From Caedimonas varicaedens (lineage in GTDB: Bacteria; Pseudomonadota; Alphaproteobacteria; Caedimonadales; Caedimonadaceae): DNA of 32,000 bases. The stretch covers positions 913-32,912 of the forward strand of contig BBVC01000099.1 of the NCBI GenBank assembly GCA_001192655.1. The letters run 5' to 3'. Position 1 is the first letter of the stretch; the number at the start of each line of letters is the position of its first letter. The notes beneath the pieces are model-generated. The model made no database searches, had not been told where the DNA came from, and saw only the letters and a program-made list of their open reading frames with translations. A program made the position numbers and the translations under genes. Shown here piece by piece: positions 1 to 10,100 of this stretch.

Positions 1-439
1 TTTTCAGCAAAACTTCTTTCGCGCGATTAACCTGAGCGGCAAGGTAATCAGATCCCCCCTGGTCAGGGTGAATTTTTTGAATGATGCGTCGATGAGCTGC
101 TTTGATTTCCTTTTCTGTTGCGTTTTCATCGATGTTCAAGATGCTGCGAGCTTGTTCGCGAGTCATCGATGAAAGATTGGAGAAAGAAGGAGGGGTTTTT
201 GACTTTTCTTCTCCCATAAAAAACTTTTTAAGTGCGGGTAAAAGAGGAATCAAGGCAATCAGTCCCACGACCACATTGACAAGTCGGCCGCTTAAAATTA
301 ACAGAATAATAGCAAGAAAAGCGGCCGCTCCCAACAGTCCCTTAAAGATCGCCAGAAGAATTTTGGGGTTGGAATTTAAAAGAAGACGTATCCCCAGCAG
401 GATGAAAATAACCAGCAGCGCTCCTAAAATAATTGGCAT
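1..439 (-). CDS. Membrane-anchored J-domain protein (DnaJ-like, Tim14/Pam18-type). The 3' end runs off the window.
   Basis: Hand translation of the minus strand from the ATG at 439-437 gives MPIILGALLVIFILLGIRLLL..., two hydrophobic segments, then ...SMTREQARSILNIDENATEKEIKAAHRRIIQKIHPDQGGSDYLAAQVNRAKEVLLK, which contains the HPD J-domain motif. The ORF is not in the track because it is open to the window edge. The listed 102..491 (+) ORF is its antisense shadow. Confidence 0.8.
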   Translation of the reverse strand, partial: MPIILGALLVIFILLGIRLLLNSNPKILLAIFKGLLGAAAFLAIILLILSGRLVNVVVGLIALIPLLPALKKFFMGEEKSKTPPSFSNLSSMTREQARSILNIDENATEKEIKAAHRRIIQKIHPDQGGSDYLAAQVNRAKEVLLK

Positions 440-446
440 AACTTTA

Positions 447-1286
447 TTATCCAGCCAGCCTAAGCTTTTCAGCAACAGTCGGCAGTTTTAAAACTTCCAG
501 CAGGTCTCTCAATTCCTGACGAGCAGCCACATGGGATAAACTGAGGGACATTCCTATATCAGGCAAGTCCAGAAGAGTAAGACCAGATAAAAAGAGTTCA
601 CGAAAAATGACGCGTTCTCCAAAACCAGAAGCTAATCTGAATCCAATACGTTGTGATAATTTTTCAAGCACTTCTTGCATTTCTTCTTTGTTGCGGGCCA
701 GCAAACTACTCAAGCGATTGCGCAAGACCACCCAATCTGATTTCCGTCCATCGCGCATGAGTCGATACTTTTTTTGATCCCAGACCATTTCAGCGTAGGT
801 GCTTGGCTTTTCAATCTCACGCTTTTCAGAAGTGATTCGCGCCAGCATATCCAAATCCACAAAACTGTCGTTTAAGGGAGTTACAAGCGTATCTGCATAG
901 GAATGAGCAAGACGGGAAAGGAAGCTGTCTGTCCCGGGTGTATCAATCACAATAAAATCCCGAGTTGCCATTTTTTCAAAACAAGCTTGAAGTTGATCTG
1001 TCTCTTCCTGTTCTGCCATTTTTTGTGAATCAGCAGCGCTTTTGACGACAGGATAATGATCGCTAATAGGAAGCACTTTTCCTGTTTTCGTCATATAAGT
1101 CCTGCGATTTTCTAAATAGCGGGAAAGAGTTCCCTGACGTGCATCCACATCAATGCTGCCAACCGTATAACCCAGCCGTAAAAGATGGCTGATAATGTGC
1201 ATCGAAATTGTTGATTTTCCTGTGCCGCCCTTTTCATTTCCTAGAACAATAATGTAAGGATTTTTTATAGGAGAAGTAGGAGTCAT
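447..1286 (-). CDS. mipZ: MipZ, a ParA-like ATPase that positions the division plane
   Basis: The deviant Walker A motif GNEKGGTGKST and full-length resemblance to Caulobacter MipZ (DTPG, TPLNDSFVDLDML, WVVLRNRL, RVIFRELF, ARQELR) support the call. I chose the ATG at 1286 (MTPTSPIKNPYIIVLG) over the TTG at 1310, which would overlap the potI stop. Confidence 0.88.
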   Translation of the reverse strand: MTPTSPIKNPYIIVLGNEKGGTGKSTISMHIISHLLRLGYTVGSIDVDARQGTLSRYLENRRTYMTKTGKVLPISDHYPVVKSAADSQKMAEQEETDQLQACFEKMATRDFIVIDTPGTDSFLSRLAHSYADTLVTPLNDSFVDLDMLARITSEKREIEKPSTYAEMVWDQKKYRLMRDGRKSDWVVLRNRLSSLLARNKEEMQEVLEKLSQRIGFRLASGFGERVIFRELFLSGLTLLDLPDIGMSLSLSHVAARQELRDLLEVLKLPTVAEKLRLAG

Positions 1287-1299
1287 CTTATAGTCCCTT

Positions 1300-2112
1300 T
1301 TACCGATCAATTGATTTTGATGCTTTCAGGTTAATCCATGCTGCAAGTATAACACCGGTTGCAACGATGCTCACAATAATTGTTGCAAGAGCATTAATCT
1401 GGGGACTCAGTCCAAAACGAACGCTTGCAAAAATGACCATGGGAAGGGTGGTTGCCCCCGGACCTGATAGAAAACTTGCAATCACCACATCGTCAAGAGA
1501 CAGCGTAAAGGCCAAAAGCCACCCCGAAATAATGGAAGGCATAATCAGGGGAAGTGTAATTCTGAAAAAAACAGTCAGAGGTTTGGCACCCAGGTCAAGA
1601 GCAGCCTCTTCAAGGTGGTAGTCAAACTCGCTTAAACGCGTACGAATAATAACCAATACATAAGCAACAGCAATAGTGATGTGACCGAATGTGATCGTGG
1701 CAATGCCGCGTTCCTGTGGCCAGCCAACGCTTTGTTGCAGAACAACAAAAAGAAGCAAAATAGCAAGGCCAGACATAATTTCCGGCATGACCAGAGGGGC
1801 TGTGACCAAACCATTCAGTAAAGTTTTACCTCTAAAGGTCTTAAACCGTACAATCACCAGAGCGCCTACTGTCCCAATGATAACGGCAAAATTTGCTGTC
1901 ATAAAAGCAATTTTTAAACTCAGCAAGGCAGCGTCCAGGATCATTTTATTGGATAAAAGCTCATGATACCAGCGAAATGAAAAACCCGTCCAGGTTGTAA
2001 TAACCTGGGATTGGTTAAAGGAAAAAGCAATCAGCGTGATAATCGGCGCATACAAAAAAGCATAGCCGAAGAGCATGAGGTTCAGAAGAAAAAAGTTGGG
2101 GCGTTGCTTCAT
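1300..2112 (-). CDS. potI: Polyamine (putrescine/spermidine) ABC transporter permease
   Basis: The protein is a multi-TM permease with an EAA-type loop (EEAALDLGAKPLTVFFRITLP). Its likely start, MKQRPNFF at 2112, overlaps the stop of the upstream permease by 4 nt (ATGA). It lies in a potF/G/H/I-type gene order. Confidence 0.85.
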   Translation of the reverse strand: MKQRPNFFLLNLMLFGYAFLYAPIITLIAFSFNQSQVITTWTGFSFRWYHELLSNKMILDAALLSLKIAFMTANFAVIIGTVGALVIVRFKTFRGKTLLNGLVTAPLVMPEIMSGLAILLLFVVLQQSVGWPQERGIATITFGHITIAVAYVLVIIRTRLSEFDYHLEEAALDLGAKPLTVFFRITLPLIMPSIISGWLLAFTLSLDDVVIASFLSGPGATTLPMVIFASVRFGLSPQINALATIIVSIVATGVILAAWINLKASKSIDR

Positions 2113-3032
2113 ATTCCCTCTTCCTCTCGTATAATTAATTTCTGAAAGGCAATAATGGGAAGGACCAGAAACGTCAGCAAAGCCACAGCCAGCGCTGAGG
2201 CCATTGGCCAATCACGGTGGGTAAAAAATTCAATCCACAGGACTTTTCCAATCATCAGTGTATCCGACCCCCCCAAAAGCTCGGGAATCACGAATTCTCC
2301 TACTGCCGGGATGAAAACAAGCATTGACCCCGCAATAGCGCCGCGCATGGAAAGAGGAACCGTAATGGTAAAGAAAGTCCGAACAGGTTTGCACCCTAGA
2401 TCGGAAGCTGCCTCAAGAATTTGGGGGTCCATTTTTTGCAGGGTTGCATAGAGAGGAAAAATCATAAACGGAAGATAGGAATAAACAATCCCCAGGATAA
2501 CAGCAAAATGCGTATTCAGTAAGGAAAGAGGCTGCTTGATGATGCCCAGATATAAAAGGAAGGAATTTAAAAGTCCCTGATTACTCAAAAGCCCAATCCA
2601 GGAATAGACTCGAATCAGAAAAGAAGTCCAAAATGGTAAAATGACCAGCATCAGCAAAAGTGTTCTTTGGCGCGGAGAGGCGCGGGCAATTCCATACGCC
2701 ATGGGATAAGCAACAATCAGGCAAAAAAAGGTTGAAATTGCAGAAATTTTCAAGGATTCAATATAGGCTCCAAAGTAAAAATCATCTTCGAAAAGCGTTA
2801 GGTAATTGGCAAAATTAAGGCGAATTTGAAGAAAGCTTTCATCTACCCATGTGTAAAGGGGCGTATAGGGGGGAGAACTGAGAATTCCTTCTGAAAAACT
2901 TAACCCCAAAACAATCATGAACGGAACCAGGAAAAAGAGAATATGCCACCCATAGGGAAGAGCAATAACCAGAGCGCGACCGAAAAAATTATCTAGTCGT
3001 ATCTTTTTGAAAAGTTGTGTAAAAAGGTTCAT
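2109..3032 (-). CDS. potH: Polyamine ABC transporter permease
   Basis: The 307-aa membrane protein has the loop EAASDLGCKPVRTFFTITVP. The start is an ATG at 3032. It lies between the ATPase gene and the second permease gene. Confidence 0.85.
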   Translation of the reverse strand: MNLFTQLFKKIRLDNFFGRALVIALPYGWHILFFLVPFMIVLGLSFSEGILSSPPYTPLYTWVDESFLQIRLNFANYLTLFEDDFYFGAYIESLKISAISTFFCLIVAYPMAYGIARASPRQRTLLLMLVILPFWTSFLIRVYSWIGLLSNQGLLNSFLLYLGIIKQPLSLLNTHFAVILGIVYSYLPFMIFPLYATLQKMDPQILEAASDLGCKPVRTFFTITVPLSMRGAIAGSMLVFIPAVGEFVIPELLGGSDTLMIGKVLWIEFFTHRDWPMASALAVALLTFLVLPIIAFQKLIIREEEGI

Positions 3033-3043
3033 AGAGACTGCCC

Positions 3044-4192
3044 CTATCCTGTCAACACGACGCCGCTTTCGGGACGCCAGGAAAGATAGACTTCGTCATC
3101 CCAATTGATAGGTCGCTCAGCAAGACGAAATTGATTGGTCAATGTTGCAAGCACCTTTTTACCGGATGCAAGCTTAATATGGTAAATAGAAACATCGCCC
3201 AGATAGGCAATTTCATCTACGATTCCTCGCGTCATATTGCGCACCTGATGCTGAATAATAGGCTCTTTGGAAATCATGACTTTTTCGGGTCTTATGGCAA
3301 CAGCTACCTGCGCGCCTACAGGAGCCGAAGCAGAATGGCTCACATAAAGATCGCATCCTGATTCTTCGGAAGCAATCAGCACATGATCGGCTTCATCTTC
3401 GGTCACAAAGCCTTCAAAAACATTCATTTCTCCGATAAAGCCTGCAACAAAACGCGAGTTGGGGTATTCATAAATTTCTGTGGGAGTTCCAATCTGGCGG
3501 ATTTTTCCTTCTTCCATAACGCCAATGCGCGTGGACATTGTCATGGCTTCTTCCTGATCATGTGTGACCATGATAAAAGTAACACCCAGACTTTCCTGAA
3601 TATGAACAAGCTCAAATTGGGTGCGTTCGCGCAATTGCCTGTCAAGCGCGGCAAGAGGCTCATCCAGTAAAAGCACCCGTGGCTGCTTGACAAGGCATCT
3701 TGCCAGTGCAACGCGTTGACGTTGCCCACCTGAAAGCTGATGGGGTTTTCGTGCCGCGTACTTTCCCATATGTACCAGATCCAACATCAAACCCACACGA
3801 TCGCGGATTTGGGCGCGCGCGATCCCTTCTTGCTTCAAGCCAAAAGAAATATTTTGTTCAACAGTCATATGGGGGAATAAGGCGTATGATTGAAACATCA
3901 TGTTGACAGGGCGATTATAGGGTGCAACGTGCGTCATATCCATTCCATCAATGGAAACCTGACCGGAAGAAGGGGTTTCAAATCCCGCAAGAAGCCTTAA
4001 AAGTGTTGTTTTCCCACATCCTGACGCTCCCAAAAGAGAGAAAAATTCGCCCTGGTAAATGCTCAAGGTCACGTTATTCACGGCCATTGCGCCTTCAAAA
4101 CTGCGAGAAATATGGTCAAAAACGATCGATGGAACGGCCCTGGGATCTTGCCAGGGCTCTAATTTCATTGAAGGACGATCACCTATCGCCAT
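3044..4192 (-). CDS. potG: Polyamine-importing ABC transporter ATP-binding protein
   Basis: Walker A GASGCGKTT, signature LSGGQRQR and Walker B LLLDEP are present. The long stretch PVNMMFQSYALFPHMTVEQNISFGLKQ is very PotG/PotA-like. The C-terminal TOBE-like domain is also present. Confidence 0.9.
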   Translation of the reverse strand: MAIGDRPSMKLEPWQDPRAVPSIVFDHISRSFEGAMAVNNVTLSIYQGEFFSLLGASGCGKTTLLRLLAGFETPSSGQVSIDGMDMTHVAPYNRPVNMMFQSYALFPHMTVEQNISFGLKQEGIARAQIRDRVGLMLDLVHMGKYAARKPHQLSGGQRQRVALARCLVKQPRVLLLDEPLAALDRQLRERTQFELVHIQESLGVTFIMVTHDQEEAMTMSTRIGVMEEGKIRQIGTPTEIYEYPNSRFVAGFIGEMNVFEGFVTEDEADHVLIASEESGCDLYVSHSASAPVGAQVAVAIRPEKVMISKEPIIQHQVRNMTRGIVDEIAYLGDVSIYHIKLASGKKVLATLTNQFRLAERPINWDDEVYLSWRPESGVVLTG

Positions 4193-4228
4193 TTTTTATA
4201 AATCTCCTTTTATCCACTCTTGCGGACG

Positions 4229-5403
4229 TTAACGTCCCGATCTTATCTTGATAAGAGATCGAGTCAAAAGCTTTTGATATTTTGGCGAGAAAGATTTGTG
4301 AAGTAAAATCCTTTTTAAAACTTCCTTGTCCGGAAAAATAACCTTATTTTCACGGATTTCGGGAATAACAAAAGGAAGAGATTCCTCAATAGTGTTTGCA
4401 AAATAATTGTCATTGGTAATAAAAGCAATAATATCAGGCCGCAACATAAAATCTATAAAGATATAGGCATTATCTACATGAGGGGCTGTTTTTGGAATCA
4501 CCATGACATCCAGCCACATAACCGTTCCTTCCTTGGGGATGATGGATTTGATATTCGCCCGACTTCCCTCTGATTTCAAATGAGCAGAAGAAGCTGCAAT
4601 AGATCCCATCCAATGCTGAACAAGACACATTTCGCCGCTGGCGATTTCATCATTAGAGCGAGAGAGGTCAAAACGCTTGATGAAAGGACGAATTGTTTGA
4701 AGAAGCTGAACAACCTTATCAAGATCCTTTTTGGATTCAGAAGCAGGATCAATACCCAGGTAAAGTTTTGCAGGAATCATCACATCGGTGGAATCTTCCA
4801 ACATGGCGACGCCACAGGGACCCATTTTTTTGATAATTTCAGGATCGAAGAACATCGCCCAGCTGTTAACCGGCGCATCGGGCAGGTTTTTTTGGACATA
4901 GTCAACATTGTAAGCAAATCCAACAATACCCCATAACAAGGGAACAGCAAAACGATCGGCGTGATGGGGACCTTCAAGGGCTTTTCTGAAAAAGGGATTT
5001 ATTTTTTTTGCGTTGGAGATTTTTTAAAATCAATCTCCTGATAAAGACCTGCAGATATTTGTCGTACAGCATAAGGCCAGGCTGTTGGAAACACAACATC
5101 ATAACCCGTGGCGCCGGAAAGCAATTTGGCTTCCAGAATATCATCATTGTCAAAGACGTCCAGTAAAATCCTGATCCCTGTTTCTTGCTCAAACCTGCGT
5201 ATAATTTCAGCAGGCAAATAACCATGGGCGCTATAGACATTAAGCGTTTGTTGGGAAGGCAGCTCTGATCCCCTTATGCTCGGGAAAGCGCCCAATAAAA
5301 CAAGCAGAAAAAATGTTTTTTTAATAAAATTCAACTTTTCTTGCCTTAATGTATATATAAAAGACTCTATCTTTCTCTTACATTTAATAACTTCTGAACG
5401 CAA
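4229..5403 (-). pseudogene. potF: Periplasmic polyamine-binding protein (PotF/PotD family) split by a -1 nt frameshift in a homopolymer
   Basis: Two ORFs, 4999..5403 (signal peptide plus N-terminal lobe) and 4229..4939 (C-terminal lobe), both resemble PotF. The downstream frame is open back to about 5027. Adding one A to the minus-strand A6 run (plus-strand T6 at 5020-5025) gives the continuous reading ...YQEIDFKKISNAKKINPFFRKALEGPHHADRFAVPLLWGIVGFAYNVD. The true start is uncertain because there is no ATG. A TTG at 5334 (LNFIKKTFFLLVLLGA) is plausible. Confidence 0.75.
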
Positions 5404-5576
5404 TTATTTTATTATTTAGGAAGCCCGGGAACCTTGGCAGAGAAGGTTCTTTCGAGTATCCCCCCGTCGCATGCATGCGTTTGTGTGCGTTGCGACGAGA
5501 TTCACCGTTTGTCCACTTGGAAAACATATGAAAAAAAGAAGGCCCAGAGGGGAAATTCAAGATACGGGAAAAAGGT

Positions 5577-6917
5577 CTAAAAAGAGTGTATTTCCAGAAT
5601 TTCTCTTAGGTTTGCACCCGTTGATTGAAAATCTTCCACCAGCTTTTGCGCCGGTGTTTTTCCTGAATGGACAATCTCTTCCAGGTAAGCAAGGTAAATC
5701 GTTTCATCCTGCCCCTGTTGATTTTTAAGAGCGCGCCGTTTCAGTCCATTGTGGGACAGATCAAGACACACGCGTGCGATGTCCCGAAGACTTTGCCCCT
5801 GAAGCGAGATCGAAAGCCCTTCACGCGTAACTCTTTCATAAAGTATTTCAAGATCTGGCCGTTTCCATTCCCTGATCAGGTCGCAAGCAGCACTGAGGGA
5901 TTCTTCATCATATAAAAGTCCTGTCCAGAAAGCGGGCAAGGCATTGATATGGCGTTCAAGCCCTCCATCGGCTCCACGCATTTCAAGATAGTGTTTCAGC
6001 CTGACTTCAGGAAAGGCAACTGTCAGGTGATCATGCCAATCTTGTAGGGTGGGGAAATGACCTGGCCAGGCAGGGAGAACTCCTTTCAGGAAATCTCTGA
6101 ACGACTGTCCTGCTGCAGGGATATACTGACCGTTTCGATAAACAAAATACATAGGGACGTCCAGCATATAATCTACATAACGCTCAAATCCCATGGAAGC
6201 ATCAAAGACGAAATCTAGCAGACCGCACCGATCGGGGTCTGTATGTTGCCAAATAAACCGGCGATAGGACTCAAAACCATTGGGGCGTCCCTGACTCAGC
6301 GAAGAATTGGCAAACAAGGCTGTCACGAGAGGCTGAAGAGCAAGTCCCACACGGAATTTGCGAACCATATCTTCCTCTGAAGAAAAGTCGAGATTGACTT
6401 GCACTGTACAGGTGTTGGTCATCATATCCAAACCATGACGACCTTTTTGGGGCATATAGTCACGCATAATGCGGTAACGTTCTTTGGGCATCCAGGGAAG
6501 GTCATCCTGCTTTGAAAGCGGGTCGCAGCCTAACCCCACGGCGATAAATCCCAGGGGTTTCAGCACGGATTTTACTTCCTGAAGATGGTGATGAAGTTCT
6601 TGCGCTGTTTCATGAAGGGAAAAAAGAGGCGTTCCTGATAACTCCAGCTGTCCCGCAGGTTCCAGAGAGACAAAAGATGAACCTTTCTGAAGAGCAATCA
6701 GCTGTTTATGCTCAAAAACAGCTTTCCAACCGAATTGCTGGAGATTCTGAAGAATGGTTTCAATCCCCCCTTGATAGGGAACCCGCGTTAGAGAAGATCG
6801 TTTAAAAATAAATTTTTCATGCTCTACCCCAATTTTGAATTCTGTCGCGGCTTTACAGCTCCGGGATAAATCAAGAATAAGATCATCCCTGGATAGGGTG
6901 AGGGGACTTTTCTCCAT
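5577..6917 (-). CDS. gshA: Glutamate-cysteine ligase, plant/alphaproteobacterial type (GCS2 family)
   Basis: The roughly 446-aa product carries characteristic stretches: KIGVEHEKF, EPAGQLELSG, MMTNTCTVQVNLDF, FPEVRLKHYLEMRGADGG. I chose the ATG at 6917 (MEKSPL). The track's upstream start at 6926 is a TTG. Confidence 0.9.
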   Translation of the reverse strand: MEKSPLTLSRDDLILDLSRSCKAATEFKIGVEHEKFIFKRSSLTRVPYQGGIETILQNLQQFGWKAVFEHKQLIALQKGSSFVSLEPAGQLELSGTPLFSLHETAQELHHHLQEVKSVLKPLGFIAVGLGCDPLSKQDDLPWMPKERYRIMRDYMPQKGRHGLDMMTNTCTVQVNLDFSSEEDMVRKFRVGLALQPLVTALFANSSLSQGRPNGFESYRRFIWQHTDPDRCGLLDFVFDASMGFERYVDYMLDVPMYFVYRNGQYIPAAGQSFRDFLKGVLPAWPGHFPTLQDWHDHLTVAFPEVRLKHYLEMRGADGGLERHINALPAFWTGLLYDEESLSAACDLIREWKRPDLEILYERVTREGLSISLQGQSLRDIARVCLDLSHNGLKRRALKNQQGQDETIYLAYLEEIVHSGKTPAQKLVEDFQSTGANLREILEIHSF

Positions 6918-7163
6918 TTTTATCAAAACCTTTATTTTTTTATGTACCCTACCATGAAGGCTATAAACTCTCCCACGGATTTTTTAATGGGGGGAGTTTT
7001 CATAACGTTTTACATCCTTACTTTTTTCTTTTGTAGAGTATCCATAAATCGTTTCCCAATCATCTTTTTTGGATATAGTATTGAGTAACTTAATGCCCTT
7101 TTGAGTATGTTTGAGGGGTATTCCATATTTCTTGTTGGGTGGCTAACAGCTTGGAGAGTGACG

Positions 7164-10100
7164 ATGTTTTTTTCTCGTTTTATAGTACTATTCTTTAGCT
7201 TTTTTCTTTTGTGTGTCTCCTGGGCTTCCCAGCCTTTGCCTGATTTCCAGCTCAATTCCCAACAAAGCCAGATAGCTACAGATTATTCTCAGGAAATCCT
7301 TGAGGGGGTACAGACAGCGTCTTCTGAGCGAGAAGCCCTGAAAAGACAAGTGGAAGCGCGTGCGGCCTGGGATCGACAGGAGTGGTACGGTATTCGCTAT
7401 GGCTTCATACAGGTTTTGAAGGATAATCCAAAAGATTATTTAGCGTGGGTCTGTCTGTCACAGGCGCTTTCCAGCAAATATTTTGGCGATGATAAGAAGG
7501 CAAAACAAAAGGCTGTTGCTGCAGCCCTGAATGCTTACAAGGTAGCCCAGAATCAGAATGAAAAGCTAATCGTTTTGGGGATTCTTTCAAAATTGGATGA
7601 TGGGTTTGACGCTATTTACAAAAAGCAGATGCAGTCTCGAAAAGATCAGGACATTGAACAGGATTTAGCTGCAAAAATAAAAGCTTATCCTTCTGTTTTT
7701 AAAGTCTATGATATTGATATTCCTGAACGAACAGATACAGGATCAGCATGTCTGGTCTGGACGAAACCCCTGTTAAGGAAAAAAGGTTATTCTTTTGAGA
7801 ATTTTATTTCCCTGACCCCTGACCTAAAGAATCTGGGAGTTATTGCAAAAGGAAATCGTCTTTGTTTGAATGGTTTGAATTTTGGTGCTGCATACACACT
7901 GACAGTTAAAAGGGGTCTTCCAGGAGAGGATGATTATAAGCTTGAGGCTGATGCGAACATCGACCTTTTAATCCAACACCGCAAGCCCATGCTCCAATTT
8001 CGGGAGCGAGGGTATATCCTGCCAACATATGCTCCCCATTCCATTCCTCTTAATGCGGTGAATGTTAGCAAAGCCAAAATCAAGGTTTGGCGTATTCCTG
8101 TCAATAATCTGCCTCAACAGATAAACCGCGATGAATTTATGAAACAACTTTATGAATGGCAAGCGGTAGATATGACATCCCATATCGGTGAACTTGTGGC
8201 GGAAGGCGAAGTTGATTGTCAGAGTGAGATGGATCAGACCACAACCCGTGGGATCTCTTTGGAGCAGATCATCGGTCAAAAGCTGGAAAGCGGTGTTTAT
8301 GTCATTCGCGCCAGTCTAGGTTCTGGTTCTTCCTATGAAGATAGAGATAATACAACCCAGTGGCTGGTCGTAAGCGATATTGGGCTTTCAACCTATAAAG
8401 GGCCAGATGGGCTTCATGTGATCGTGCGATCCCTTAAAACAGCGGAAATCCTCAAGGATGTAGAATTAACCCTTATCGCTCGCAATGGACGCGAGCTTGG
8501 ACAAGCCAGAACAGATAAACAAGGCTATGCAAAATTTGATGCGGCGCTTCTTCAGGGTCAGGAAAGTAATGCGCCTATTATGATTATCGCGCAACAAAAA
8601 GGAGAGAATTTCACGCTCCTCAATCTTAAAAATGAAGGATTTGATTTTAGTGATCGAGGTGCAAAGGGGCGTGTTCTTTCGACAAAAGTAGATACTTATC
8701 TTTTTACCGAGCGGGGCATTTATCATCCTGGAGACAAAGTAAATGTGACGGCTTTGGTGCGTGATCAACAGGGCAAAGCTTTAACAGGGGTGCCTTTGAT
8801 TTTTAAAATTAAAAGGCCTGACGGGTTGGAAGTTGACAGGAAAACAACTCAAGATCAGGGAGCTGGTGCCCATACGTTTGTATTTCCTACCCAGTCCTCT
8901 GCGTATTCAGGTGTATGGACGATTGAAGCCTACGTCGATCCAAAAGGGGTTGAAGTGGGTCATGTGATTTTCCGTGTTCAGGATTTTGTGCCGCCCCGCA
9001 TTAACGTTTCTGTTACCTTGCCTCAAAAAGCGGTGCATCCTTTTGAGTCTCTGGAAACGGATGTTATTGCGCACTATTACTATGGTCCTGCGGCGTCAAA
9101 TCTGAAAACAACTATAGAAATCGATTTAGTTGAGGCAATTTCTCCCTTTGAGGCGTTGAAAGATTATCATTTTGGTTTGGAAGAAGCGTCATGGGTTCCC
9201 CAGCGTGTCCCTCTGGAAGAAAGTCAAACAAATGCTCAGGGGAAAGTGAATGCAAAGGTCAGTCTGGAAGCATCTCCCGATACCACAAAAATTCTGTCGG
9301 CGCGCTCAACAGTGACAGTCTATGAAGCGGGGGGACGAGGACGAACAGCTGAAAAAACGATTCTTTACTGGCATCAGCCTTTTGCGCTGGGGATTGCCGC
9401 TCAATTCAAGGACAGGGTTGCTCCTGAAAATGGAGAAGCTTCTTTCCATATTATCGCGGTCAATGAAACGGGAAAATTCCAGGAAATTAAGAATTTAACT
9501 TATACGTTTTATGAAGAAACGCGACATTTCACTTGGTTCCGTTCGGGAAATTCCTGGAATTATGAGACTTCTATTGATGATCGAGTTATCAATTCGGGAA
9601 ATATTTCGACGGATTCCCGTCAGCCTGTATCATTAAAATTTCCGGTAAAATTTGGTCATTATCGCCTTGAAGTGATGGATCAGAAGACAGGAGTTGCCAC
9701 CAGCTTTCGCTTCCATGCGGGATGGGGCGGACAGAGCGATCTTCCTGATAGACCGGATCTGGTTGAAGTTTCGCTGGATAAACCTTTCTATAATCCCGGT
9801 GAAAAAGCCTATCTTAATATTACAGCTCCTTATGAAGGTGAATTGTTTGTGGCGGCGCTGGGTGATCATTTTGAGCCAATTTATCATGGCAAGGCTTCTC
9901 TCAAGGGAAATCGTTTAGAACTTCCTCTGAAAGGTTCTCTTTTGCAAAAAGGGGGAGTCTATCTGATGGCCACTGTTTTTCGCCCCGCTGACATACGTTC
10001 TGAGAAAATGCCTGGACGTGCCATTGGTTTGATTTGGCTTGATCTTAAAGATGAAAAACATATGCTGGACGTTTCTGTTTCTGCTCCTGAAACAGCGCGC

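Noticed and set aside
102-491. 129-aa plus-strand ORF at the left edge
   Set aside because: It is the antisense shadow of the minus-strand J-domain protein, which has a clear HPD motif and TM segments. Its start is a TTG, and the peptide is low-complexity with no motif.
4210-4217. DnaA-box-like TTATCCAC in the potF-potG gap
   Set aside because: It matches the 9-mer consensus at only 8 of 9 positions. About one such match is expected by chance in this window on both strands, and nothing here suggests an origin or a DnaA regulon member.
4224-4237. 14-bp perfect palindrome GGACGTTAACGTCC centred on the potF stop codon
   Set aside because: One or two palindromes of this length are expected by chance in 32 kb. 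It may form a small intercistronic hairpin, but nothing distinguishes it from background.
5404-5576. Possible tRNA, SRP RNA or riboswitch in the gshA-potF gap
   Set aside because: There is no T-loop GGTTCGANNCC and no cloverleaf. The SRP conserved motif is absent, and I recognise no riboswitch core. Only the generic hairpins are retained, as a low-interest finding.
7010-7255. 81-aa minus-strand ORF, and the 7101-7163 N-terminal extension of the A2M ORF
   Set aside because: The extension starts at a TTG and adds a non-signal-like peptide, whereas the ATG at 7164 has a GGAGAG SD and yields a signal peptide. The minus-strand ORF overlaps the A2M start, is lysine-rich, and has no motif.
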